DNA of 64,000 nt from Geosiphon pyriformis uo1 (taxonomy: Eukaryota; Fungi; Glomeromycota), in contig JAAOMT010000436.1 in assembly GCA_016748015.1 (NCBI GenBank), positions 2,191,037-2,255,036 of the forward strand, written 5' to 3'. The notes below the pieces were generated by a model. The model saw only the letters and a program-made list of their open reading frames with translations. It did not search any database and was not told the origin of the DNA. Within the stretch, counting starts at the first letter, position 1. Each line of letters starts with the position of its first letter. Positions 50,601-61,032 of this stretch are shown here, piece by piece. A program made the translations under genes and the position numbers.

Positions 50601-51695
50601 ATTGTATTTGGCTTTCTTGCCTGGCTTTTTGTCAAAGCTTCTTCTGAGCATGTCATAATAAGGCCAGCAGATCAGCTTGCCATTGACAATGATTCCTTCT
50701 TTATCTGCCTTGACATTATCCAGTGGTTTGCCATTGCTAGTGAAAATGGTATAGGTGAGTTCAGCAGTTTCTTCTTGTTCTTCTTGTTCTTCTTCTTCCT
50801 CACTTTCTTCATCATCTGATTCATCTGATTTATTTTCTTCTGGACTCTGCTTGGGTACTGGGGGAGTTGTCCAATGGTGACACTTAATCACAATGGGTTT
50901 CTCATCACATCTGATGGTTAGTTCACAGAGTTCATAATTAAGCAAAGCTTTTGCTTTCTTGAGCCATTCATTGCCAACAATGATGGTGTATTCTTTTGCT
51001 TCAGACACTTTCATATCAGTTTCAATGCTGATGCCATTGATGTGGACAGAAATAGCTTTGGCTATGCCAAGCCCTTTTTTCTTATCACCATGCACATTGG
51101 TCATTGGTTATGTGAATGGTTCATCAATTTTTCTGCCAATTGCTTCAAGAAAGTGTTTGGCAATAACATTAACAGATGATCTACTGTCTAGGATCAAATC
51201 AATGAAGTAGCCAGCCACTTGGGCTTTACAAATTAGAGGAGTGACATTGCTATTGTCAGCAAGTCCAGCTTGGCGAGGGCGTTTGTTGGTTTTGGGTGTT
51301 TTTTTCTTTGGAATCAGGGATTTGCGAAGATCTTTTCTGAATTGCGGATGGGTCATCAATTGGCCAAAGGTTATATGTGCTGGGGTTTCCATAAGGTCTT
51401 TAACAACAGAATAGGGACCGGATTTTTGTACTATTTCTGGGGGTTCCAACTTTGGAGGGTTCTTGAAAACTTTGGCTTTTGGGGGCTCATTGTTGTCAGC
51501 AGTTGATGTAGAAGCTTTATTGGGGTCTAGAACGAAATCAACTTTGGCTTTCTTCTTCTTTTTTGTGGATTCAGAGGGGTTGATTGCTAATTCATCCATG
51601 TCATGGTCATCATCAGTTAAGTTAAAAGCGAAAAAGGGGTTTTCTTCTGGTTGGCTTGCACTCTCACCCTTTGGAAGTGCGCCTACCAGTTTAAA
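47623..51695 (-). pseudogene. A3 pol (PR, Cys-rich linker, RT, RNase H, IN) with a few premature stops
   Basis: ORFs 51108-51599, 49467-51104 (LRFCVDYRQLN, MPFGLTNAP, YLDD), 49056-49403 (TDASGYGLG) and 47704-48738. Confidence 0.95.
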
Positions 51696-53236
51696 GGCTA
51701 ATAAACAGTGGCTTCAACTAGGGGATCCTCTCCAAAGAAATTGATGTTGGCATGATTGGGTCTTTGGTTGGGCACATTGTTGTTGTTGATTCTGTTGTTC
51801 TGAGCATCATTGTTTCTGGGGACTGGTAGAGGCAGTGGAAGATTGTTGCAATCTCTTGAAAAGTGTCCAGTTAATCCACAGTGATAGCATACAGGTGGGC
51901 CATGATTTTGTTGTCTTTGATAAGATGGTTGCTGGGGCTGATTGAAGCGTGGTTCAAATCTGGGTTTTTCTGGTTGCTGATTTTCTCTGACTGCTTGGGC
52001 TAAGGGTTCTAATAACCAAGCAAGATTTGTTGTGAGTCTGTCTATTAACTGTTCATTTGGATCTTGAGTGTGAGTGGCAAAAGAAGTAGCAGCCATTTGA
52101 GGGGCAGGAGCCATGACAGAAACAGGAGCAAAAACTGGTAGTGTGGATCCCAAGTGCATCCTTTGGTTATCTTCAATTCTTTGTGCTAATTCAATGGCCA
52201 TATCCATGGTGGGATTATTTTTCAGGGCCAGGAGGGGCCAAAGAGCATATGATAAATCAGTTCTCAATTCTTTTGTGAAGGAGTGAATTTTTTGCTCTTC
52301 TGTCCAATTTCTTCCAGTGTCTACTCATTTGATTAGCTTTCTGATTGCTTTGGCGTATTCGGTTACAACTTCACCAGGACCTTGGGTTCTTCTTTCCAAT
52401 TCCAAACACCATTTTGATATTAATATTGGGGTTCTGAACTTGTTTTCAAACTGGGTAGTGAAAGAAGTGTTGATTTCTCCCACATTTGCTGGTGTCCATC
52501 TAACGATTCTTTGCTGAGCATTGGCATCTGTTTTTTGTGAGAACCAGGTAGCAGGGGATCCTTGAAGGTAGCCACCAACAATTTGAAACTTGTACTCATC
52601 ATCATATTGATTGGCTGTAGCAGCTCTTTCAAAGTCATCCAACCATTCAATTGGATCTTGTGCATCACCTCTAAATAATGGTATTGGGGTGTTGTTTTTT
52701 CGCTCTAGAGCAGTTTGTATACCTTGGAGGGCGGCCAGAATGTTTGCTTGCATAGGGTCATTAGCCATTGGTTCAGGGGTAACTGTTTGTGTAGATGAGT
52801 CTGATTTGCTTGATAAAAGATCAAAAACAGGGGCAGTTTGGTAGCTTTCTTCTTCTGTTTCAAAGGGAGTTTTAGTTACTTGATGGGCAGCAATCCAAAT
52901 GTGGATTTGATGATTCAGATATTCGAAATCAGGGGGCTGTTGTTCAAAGGTTGCAGAATATAAGAGCTGATTGATACTGTTGTTTCTTTCTTCAAAGTCG
53001 TTTTCAAAATAAGCTTGGTCAAAGTAATAAATTGTATAAGCTGTATAGGTTTCAGCTGAATGCTCATTCAGGAACCAGTTCCAAAAGTCTTGGAATTGTC
53101 TACTTGATTGTTCTTCAAGAGGAAAGCAGATCAAGCAGGAGGGCAGAGGATTAAGTTCAATGAAACTTTGGTCATTTCTGTTGTGTGCTACAAAATGTTC
53201 TTCTGATTGCTGTGGCAGATATGAGTAATCACCCAT
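51683..53236 (-). pseudogene. A3 gag
   Basis: ORFs 52325-53236 and 51698-52267 share one frame separated by a stop. CCHC knuckle present. Confidence 0.92.
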
Positions 53237-54289
53237 ACAATGAGGGAATAAGTGAATTTTGACAACCTCACAGGGAGCACCACTTTTATGTTACGGGTTG
53301 GAGTAACAAGCTAATGGATAGCAAGGGAGAACAGTATTGTATGGTAATGGAAATAAACAAAGAGGGAATTACAATAAGGGAGTGAATTGAATAAGTAGGA
53401 ATTCAATGTGCGTGATCAGTCTCATAAAAATCACAGTCGCTAATCTTTTCTTAAATCTGAAGGTAGAGGAATAGTCCATGATTGTCAACAAGATAACACT
53501 GCTGCAATTATTCTATGCCTCAACTTGGCAATTTTTAGAATCAATAACAGGTATTGTTGTACTTTTCAATTGTTTCTTTATTCAATGAATTACAAGAGCA
53601 AGCCAATTGCTTCTCAGGCTAATTCTAACAAATACAAATCAAGAAGGGGAAAAGATAAGGTATGTGAATGCCAACAAATAGATACTTGAAGGTAAGGAAA
53701 GGGGAATAAGCGATTATGAGAGGAAGTAATTGATATTGTTTATTTCATTACTTTTGATCATGTCTTTCTACAGCTAAGGGAATCATTGCTTATATAGCTA
53801 TCTAAAGTGGTCAATGACTAGGTCAACGATTAGGTCAATGATCAGGTCAATGATCAGGTCAACAGTCAGGTCATTGATTAGGTCAATGATCATTATCTCA
53901 AAATAGAGTGGCTAATACATGTGATAACTAATAAAAACTATGTGTTTCAACCATAACACTACACTAAAGTTAGAAGCTTACTAAGAAAGAAGAACATTTT
54001 GTATTTGTATTAGGTACAGAACATGGATGGATCACTGATGACATAGATGGACTTTACAAGGAGATACAAACAGAGTAACAATAGTAGAATATCCAGATGA
54101 TTTAAGATACTAGAATTTACAATCACTATGGATAAATACAGGAACATTAATATAGTCTAATGTAAAGCATTACAGATGTACAGAATAGATACCCAAATAC
54201 CAGATGATCTGGAAACATTGCAAAAAGACTCTATTTACATCCATATTTCTAACATCTTATTGCCACAATGAAAGAAGATATGGAAGAAG

Positions 54290-54730
54290 TTGAGGCTCAG
54301 AAAAGAAATAGAGATATCAACAGATGGCTCATTGGTAAAAGCTGGTTCTGTGGAAGCTAGAGGAGCAGCTGCTTTTGTAACTCATGGAATGGAAGCCAGC
54401 TATAGTATAACAGTAGATGGAACATTGTCATCAACAAAAACTGAGGCTAAGACTGTATTACTGGCTTTGGAGGCAGTACCATACAAATGCAAACTAATAT
54501 TAAACACAGATAGTCAAGCAGTTGTATCAATAGCTTGAAAATGGTTGTCTAAGAATTCCCCTTTGTCTATTAGAAATCAGCTCAAAACTCCTAACTGGTG
54601 CACATAAAATGCAATCAAAACAGTAATAGGTAAAAAAAAGATTGATCTTATCATAAACAAAATGGCTGCACATACTGGAGTATCTGAAAATGAGAAAGCT
54701 GATAAACTAGCCAAAGAAACTACTGCTTTT
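54290..54730 (+). pseudogene. LINE D RNase H domain
   Basis: ISTDGS, TEAK..LLAL, NTDSQ and AHTG..ENEKADKLAK motifs. Confidence 0.85.
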
Positions 54731-56532
54731 AATACAGTGGAGTGGGCCTACAATGCCAAGAATGTTAGCTATGTTCCCTTTTGTGGAAGAGTTGAGTTGG
54801 ATTAAATATTAGACACTTCCTAAGCCAACAAACTAGGCTTCAAGCTGCTTTGAATTAGATAAGCAATGACAAAATCCAGAGGACATTAGGGCTCTTAAAC
54901 CAAGAGATAGACTGGGAGTGCACAACCAAAGTTTAGAACTGGGATGATAAAATGTCTTTAGGTTTCATCTCAGCTGGTTTTTAGCAATGTGTACATTTAT
55001 TATAAAATTATTTCACAACATGCTGCCAATGGTAGAGGTGCTGTACAACAGACATCCTCTGATATATCTAAACAATCTTTGCAAAATATGTCACATGGAA
55101 GTAGAAACCAACCAGCACTTTTGGAAATGCTCTTTGAATACTCAAAAAGGCAAGACATTAATAGATGAGGTAAGAAATAAGTAGATGCAGTGCTTATCCA
55201 AAACTGTGGAAGGGAAACTTAAAACCATAGACTCTGGTAAGAGGATTGTTTTGTCTAAAGAGTACATCATGTTGACACCCAACATAGATCTGCTATGCAA
55301 AGAATTGATTGATAAGCAATTTGGAAGAATCAATGTCTTTGCTAACATCAATCAAAAGACTAACAATAATATACTGATTAAGACATGTAAATGGGCAGTA
55401 ACTCAAGTAAAGAATAAGTTATGAAGAGAATGTTGCAAAGCACAAACTGAGTGAAAAAAATCAGTGAGTATTGATAATAGGGGTAAGAGAAGCCCATTGA
55501 ATGGGGCCAACATACATATAATATTAGAGAATAATGGTAATGTTACAGGTTAGAGTAACAAGCTAACAGATAGCAAGGAAGAACAGGATTGTAGGGTGAT
55601 GAAAAGAATCAAAGGGAATTCAACTTCAAAGAGCAAATTGAATAAGTATGGATTCAATGTGCAAGATCAGTCTCATAAAATATCTCAATTGCTATATTTT
55701 TCAAAAGATAACTGGGAATCTGAAGGTAGAGAAATAGTTTGTACTGTCAACAAATGATCACACCTAGTATAATTCTATGCCTCATGTTGGCACTCTTAAA
55801 ATTCAATATCAGATATCAAATGTGCTCTTCAGTCATGTTTTATTCAATAATCTTCAAATGCTACAATTATACAAATCAGGAAAAGAATAAGGAATAACCA
55901 ACAAGTGATCTTTTATCCCAAAATGTTCAGATACTTGAAGGTAAAAAAAATGAAATTAGCAATAAGAGAAAGATTGAGATGAAAGTTGTTATTTTATTTA
56001 TTTGATTTCCTTGATTTCTATATGCTTTTCTACAGCTAAGAAATTCATTACTTATATAGCTGTTAAAAGTGGTCAATAATTAGATCAATGACTAGGTCAA
56101 TGATCAGGTCAATGATCACTTTCTAAAAATAGGGTGGCTAATTTATATAACATCAGTGGCTAATACATGTGATAGTTAATAAAAAGTATAAGTTTCAACC
56201 ATAACATCATTCTTTCCAAAGAGATTGAGCTTTGGTGAAATCAAGCTATTTATGGTGTAATCTATTTGAAGAGTTTTATCTAACTCAAAACTAACTAATT
56301 TGTTGAAGTCTTTTGTGGATAGGGTATATAACACTTGAGATGAAATGAGTTTTGTATTCAAGAGATCAAATCTTTGTATTAGAGTTTTGGCTTTTTTGGC
56401 AATAACTAAAACTCTTGGGACATCTAATCATATAATGCCTAAAATTTCTGCCTGTATTTCTGAAGTTGTTTTCTTCATGAATTTCATATTCTCTATGATT
56501 TCACCAAGATGACTATAGAGTTCTAATTGCCT

Positions 56533-58950
56533 GCAAAACTCTTTCTCTCCTAAATTTCATGACCACAAATAGAGCTAAGAGTAAAAAAGTTGCAAATGTT
56601 ACTTTTCCTATAGTAACTAATAAAGTTTCAACACGAGAGGGTCTCTCTGTTATTGAAGCAGCTAGACAAAACATTCTGGCAACATTTCCTTTAAAAAATA
56701 ATAGTAATAAGCTGCCTTTAGCAGGTTCTGGTTCATTTTTTTCACCTTTGGCTGGAAGTTCTTCTCCAGTCAAAGTCCTTTCAAAAAGGCACACTTGGGT
56801 TAGTTCTAGTGTTGTCTCTACCACTTCAAAGAGCCCAAAGATTTTTAATAACAGACCAGTCAACAAGTTGGTCTTTCCTGCTCTCACCACTTGCACTACT
56901 ACTTCTACTACTACTGCTTCACAAATGGCCGCAAAAGCGAAAAATCCCAAAAAACAGCAGCAGGCAGTCGCAACTGCTATGGTCACACCAAACCCCTTTG
57001 TGGTTCCAGATGAAATCTTCAGTAAGACTCCACAGCAGCAGCCAGCCCTATTCCTGATATGGATGGCAACAGCAGTGGCATATCTCCCAAGATGGGCCAA
57101 GATCAACCACTGGCTGTGTTGCCTAATGTGATACTCTTTAGCAGATCATTGCCAATCCCAGTAACAAAACAGTCCATCAATCCAGATGATCTCAAAGATT
57201 GGGCTGATCAGATGGAAATGGAATCAACTGTTCCCTCCCCAGTTTCTGGTGCATCTGATGCTGGTGCTTGGGTGAATGTGAATGGACGTTAAAGGTTCTC
57301 TGGTTGGGTGGCCTCCAATCTTGTACCTGGTGCTACGTTTAAGATCAAGATGACTTTGCTCAGTTCTTTGTTTCAGTTGCTGCCTGGTTGTATTGGGCTT
57401 AAATCAGTTTCACAAGATGCTGTCAAGTTGTTCTGTGTGGAATTTGCATCTCAGGAGTGTCTAAATGGTGCTACCAAAGTGGCCATTGGTGATGAGGTTT
57501 TTTTGACCACTCTTAAGATTGCATGGTCTTCAGAAGTGGCCTCTGTTTTTTCCCCTTCTTTGTTAGTTGCACTGTGCGATATACTCTTGGGTGCCTCTTC
57601 TGATGACATCAAATTTGCTCTTGGCATTTTTGGTGTTGTCACTTCTGTTAAGTTGAAGCCTGCTGGCTTATGGCAATATGTTGTGGTTAACTTTAAAAAC
57701 ACTTTTTCTACTGCTGCTGCTCTCTCTAACTGGTCTGTGTTGGTCAGAAAAGATAGTGTTAGGATTCTTCCCATTGCCAACCAAAAGGAGGTTATCTCCT
57801 CAAGAGATGCTTTCAAAGCTAAGCTGGTTAATCTTCCATTTGGCTGCACTGCATTTGAGATAAGTGATCTGGTCTCCCAAGTTGGTGGCCATACGTGTTT
57901 CATTCCCCGCTCCTCTGATTCCTATCAATGTCAATGCTTTGCAGTAGTGACCTTTGGTTTCTTAGAATCTTTAAATGCTGCTGTTTCAAAAACCAGTACC
58001 TTACATGGCTGCCACATCTGGTGGGAAACTCCTGGATGTTGTCGCTGCTATAGATGTCAAAGTTTGGATCATTTGGCTGTGGACTGCAAGGTGTTGCCAC
58101 CTTTCCCTCCCAAACTCTCTTCTAATTCTGCTGGTGGTCCCATCATTTTCAAGTCGTCTCTTGTTGGAGCTAAATCTTATGCCAAAGCTGCCACCTCTGT
58201 GGTTCCTCCTGTTGCTGCTGCTGCTGATACGGGTCTGGCTTTCAGTACCTCCCCCAAAGTTGTGGTGCTGCTGTTGCCGGTTGCCTTCTCTGGTTCAGAT
58301 GTTGCTGTTAATGCTAGGTTGGCTTCTCTGGAAACCCAACTTAGTGAACTGTCTTTGTTGATCAAATCTATAGTTGAGTCTGTGGGTTCTTTGGTTGCAT
58401 TGATTACTACATTATTGTCTACTCCACCAGTTATGGCAGAGACAATAAAGAAAAGTGTGATTGGATTGGGAAACCAAATTAAGACTGTTTGTGCTGTGGC
58501 TTCTGTGCTGCAAAAGGAAGTGGAGGCCCTCAAGTTGAGAAGTGGGAAGGTACACTGTAACATATCTGATGATGATGACATAGATGATGATGATGATGAT
58601 GATGATGATGGTGATGCTAAAGATTTTTCAGTCTATGATGATACATTTGATGTGATGATGGAGTTATGGGAGATTCAATCCTCTAATATCAAGTCCGATC
58701 CAGATCAGACTGCTAAGTGGATGAGCAGTCTTGTTAAGAGTAGTCATGAACTTGTATGCATTATAGGTAAGATGTATGAATTAGATATGTTTAATACATT
58801 AGGTAGCAAAGGTAGTACTAGCGTGTAGTTAGAGCTTTCTGCTTGTGATTAGCCACATCTTGTAATATATATTATTGGGTGAGCTGGCTTTATGAAACCG
58901 CCACATTACTGTGGAATAACTAATAAATGACCAGTGTGGCTACATGTTAA

Positions 58951-59011
<61 letters not shown>
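56533..59011 (+). mobile_element. Family C copy C3 (probably the youngest C copy): ORF1-only poly(A) retroposon
   Basis: Perfect 16-bp TSD AGAGTTCTAATTGCCT (56517-56532, 59012-59027) and a ~60-nt poly(A). ORF 56559-58828 has one frameshift and one stop. Confidence 0.95.
56559..58828 (+). pseudogene. Family C protein (~750 aa): Ser/Thr/Pro-rich N-terminus, RRM-like repeats, CCHC knuckle, coiled coil, Asp run, conserved C-terminal domain
   Basis: Aligns with LINE D ORF1 (WSVLVRKDSVRI vs WSIMVRKDAVRI, KLVNLPFGC vs KLVGLPQNC). Knuckle CYRCQSLDHLAVDC. Confidence 0.85.
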
Positions 59012-59015
<4 letters not shown>

Positions 59016-61032
59016 TTCTAATTGCCTTCCATATGACAAGTTTTTGTCTATGGGTAAGATTTCTTGAAGTGTTTTTCCAATTATGCTGGAAGGTGAAAGT
59101 ATAGCTGCTGTTATACTTTTCAACAGATATTTATCTATTTTACTACCAATTTTTTCTCTTCTGGTAGTAGTTTTTTTTGGTTTAATAACAGTATGTATTC
59201 CACTGTTATCAGTTATGGTAGTTTGTTTTCCAATGGTCAAAGTAGCATTTGGATAGTTTTTAATCCAATACTCATGGAGAGTATAAAAAGTGTTTTGAAT
59301 GTTTTGATCCAGAAAATAATTGTTCATGTCAATTGAAGATACTTCTGTTTTGGGAATGGTGTATTTATTTATACTTGATTTTTGTTGATTATTTGAGTCA
59401 GTATTACCACAACAGGCAACCAATCAGGTCGTTTATGATATTTTTTAAGTCATGTATCATGAACAGGATGATCATTAAAGATTGTTCCAGATTGATCTTG
59501 AAGAATATAAAAACCATTGTTTAAAACTTTGTTGACTATAAAAAGTTCTTTCCACTGGCTAGAAAATTTATCACCATAAATATTGTCTCTGTCTGAACAG
59601 TATTCCAATACCAAGTTACCAACACTTAAAAAAAGTGTTTTATAGGTTTTCTTTTTCTTAAGCTTTTCTTGAAACTGTTTTATCTTTTCAAAAGCAATTA
59701 TTTGTGCTTCTACCAAGGAGTCAAGAATGATATCAAGTTTTCTTTGCAAATGTCTTTGTAATTTCCTATTGTGATTTTTTCAAAGAGTATTGTCTCAATG
59801 TCAGTTTCTATTGGTAGTGTTGTTATGCATTCATAGAGCAGATAAAAAGGTTCATAACTTGTTATGTTATGATTCACAGTTCTATAAGCAAACAAAGCTG
59901 AAGGCAGTACTTTGTCCCATAAGTTTGTTTCTTTACTTGTTTTGGCTAGAGTTTCACATAGTGTTCTATTGAAATGTTCTACTAAGCCATTTGTTTGGAG
60001 ATAATATAGAAAGGAAAGTTTGTGACATATTCCCATTTTTCTACAAAGTTCTTCAACCAGTGTACTGAAAAAAGCTCTTCTTCTATCAGATAATAGTTCT
60101 TTGGGGCAGCCATAATGGCAAATAATATCTTCATAAATGAAATTGGCTATTGAGATTGCTGTTTGGTCAGGAGTGGCTCTTGCTTCTACCCACTTTATAA
60201 GATAGTTGGTAGCTGTGATAATATATCTGTTGCCATCAGGAGTTATTGTTAAAAATCCAACAACATCTATACCAATTCTGTCAAATAGTTGACCAACAGA
60301 GATTGGATGAATATTTTTTTTGTGATTGGGTTTGCCTCTTCTTTGACAGATGTCACAGGTTTTGATGTATTCAGCAATGTCTTTTCCCAAGATAGGTCAA
60401 TAATAGCAAGCTTAAGTTTTCTGAATTGTCTTTGTTTTTCCAAAGTGTCTAGCTAATAGATCAGTGTACATGTTGTATATTACAATTTCTCTTTCTTCAA
60501 ATCTGATGACTCTTTGGAGGCAGTTAGGATCTTTTCTGTTTCTTTTATATAACTGGTTTTGGCAGATTAAATAGAAATTTGATTGTTTGTACAAATGTTT
60601 TCTTTGCTGTCAAGTGTATTCTGGTGGGTATTGTCCTTTACCCAAAAATTCCATTAAGGCAGAGTATTTGTCCAAGTCCATTATCATGTTTGTTTATGAA
60701 CAAGTTACTAACAATTAAGTTGGTTTGGTTTAAAAGGTTGTATTGTTACTAGATGGTAAGTCTAAAGAAAGCATCTGCATTTTGATGATTTGCTCCTTTG
60801 CAGTGTTGAATGTTATAGTCAAATTCATCCAAGTGGAGTATCCAGCAAGTTATTCTTTTGTATTCCAGCTTCTTTTTATTGTGCAGCCAAACCAAGGCTT
60901 GATGATCTGTTACTACTAAGAATTTTGCACCAAGAAGATATTGATCCCAGTAACTAGTAGCCCAAACTACTGCTAAAAATTCTTGTTCAATAACTGAATA
61001 GTTCTTTTCTGCTGGTGTAAGGGATTTACTGG

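Larger units (their letters stand above)
46228..53958 (-). mobile_element. Ty3/gypsy family A copy A3 (best preserved)
   Basis: LTRs 46228-46955 and 53289-53958, 4-bp TSD CTAC, PBS 53264-53282. gag 53236-51683, pol 51695-~47623, ORF3 47581-46925. Confidence 0.96.
18260..55540 (+). mobile_element. LINE family D (~7 kb when reassembled): ORF1 (RRM + CCHC) and ORF2 (APE-RT-RNase H-CCHC), interrupted by C1, C2, A2(+B) and A3, and cut at 55540 by A'1
   Basis: Pieces 18260-21464, 23910-25752, 28219-28451, 45981-46227 and 53963-55540 rejoin across TSDs. Motifs: ETKL/GNLN/RLDY/NHKAV (APE), RPITL, D.KKAYNSV, FVDN (RT), TDGS..TDSQ..HTG..ENEKADKLAK (RNase H), CKIC..ETNQHFWKC. Confidence 0.88.
55541..61032 (-). 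mobile_element. Subfamily A' copy A'1, 3' half (LTR 55541-56206, ORF3 split by C3, IN, part of RNase H), interrupted at 61032 by A'2
   Basis: Diverged A-type LTR, PPT, ORF3 and integrase homologues. Confidence 0.9.

Noticed and set aside
58947-59423. ORF ending in poly-Phe
   Set aside because: This is A'1 ORF3 reading into the poly(A) tail of C3.
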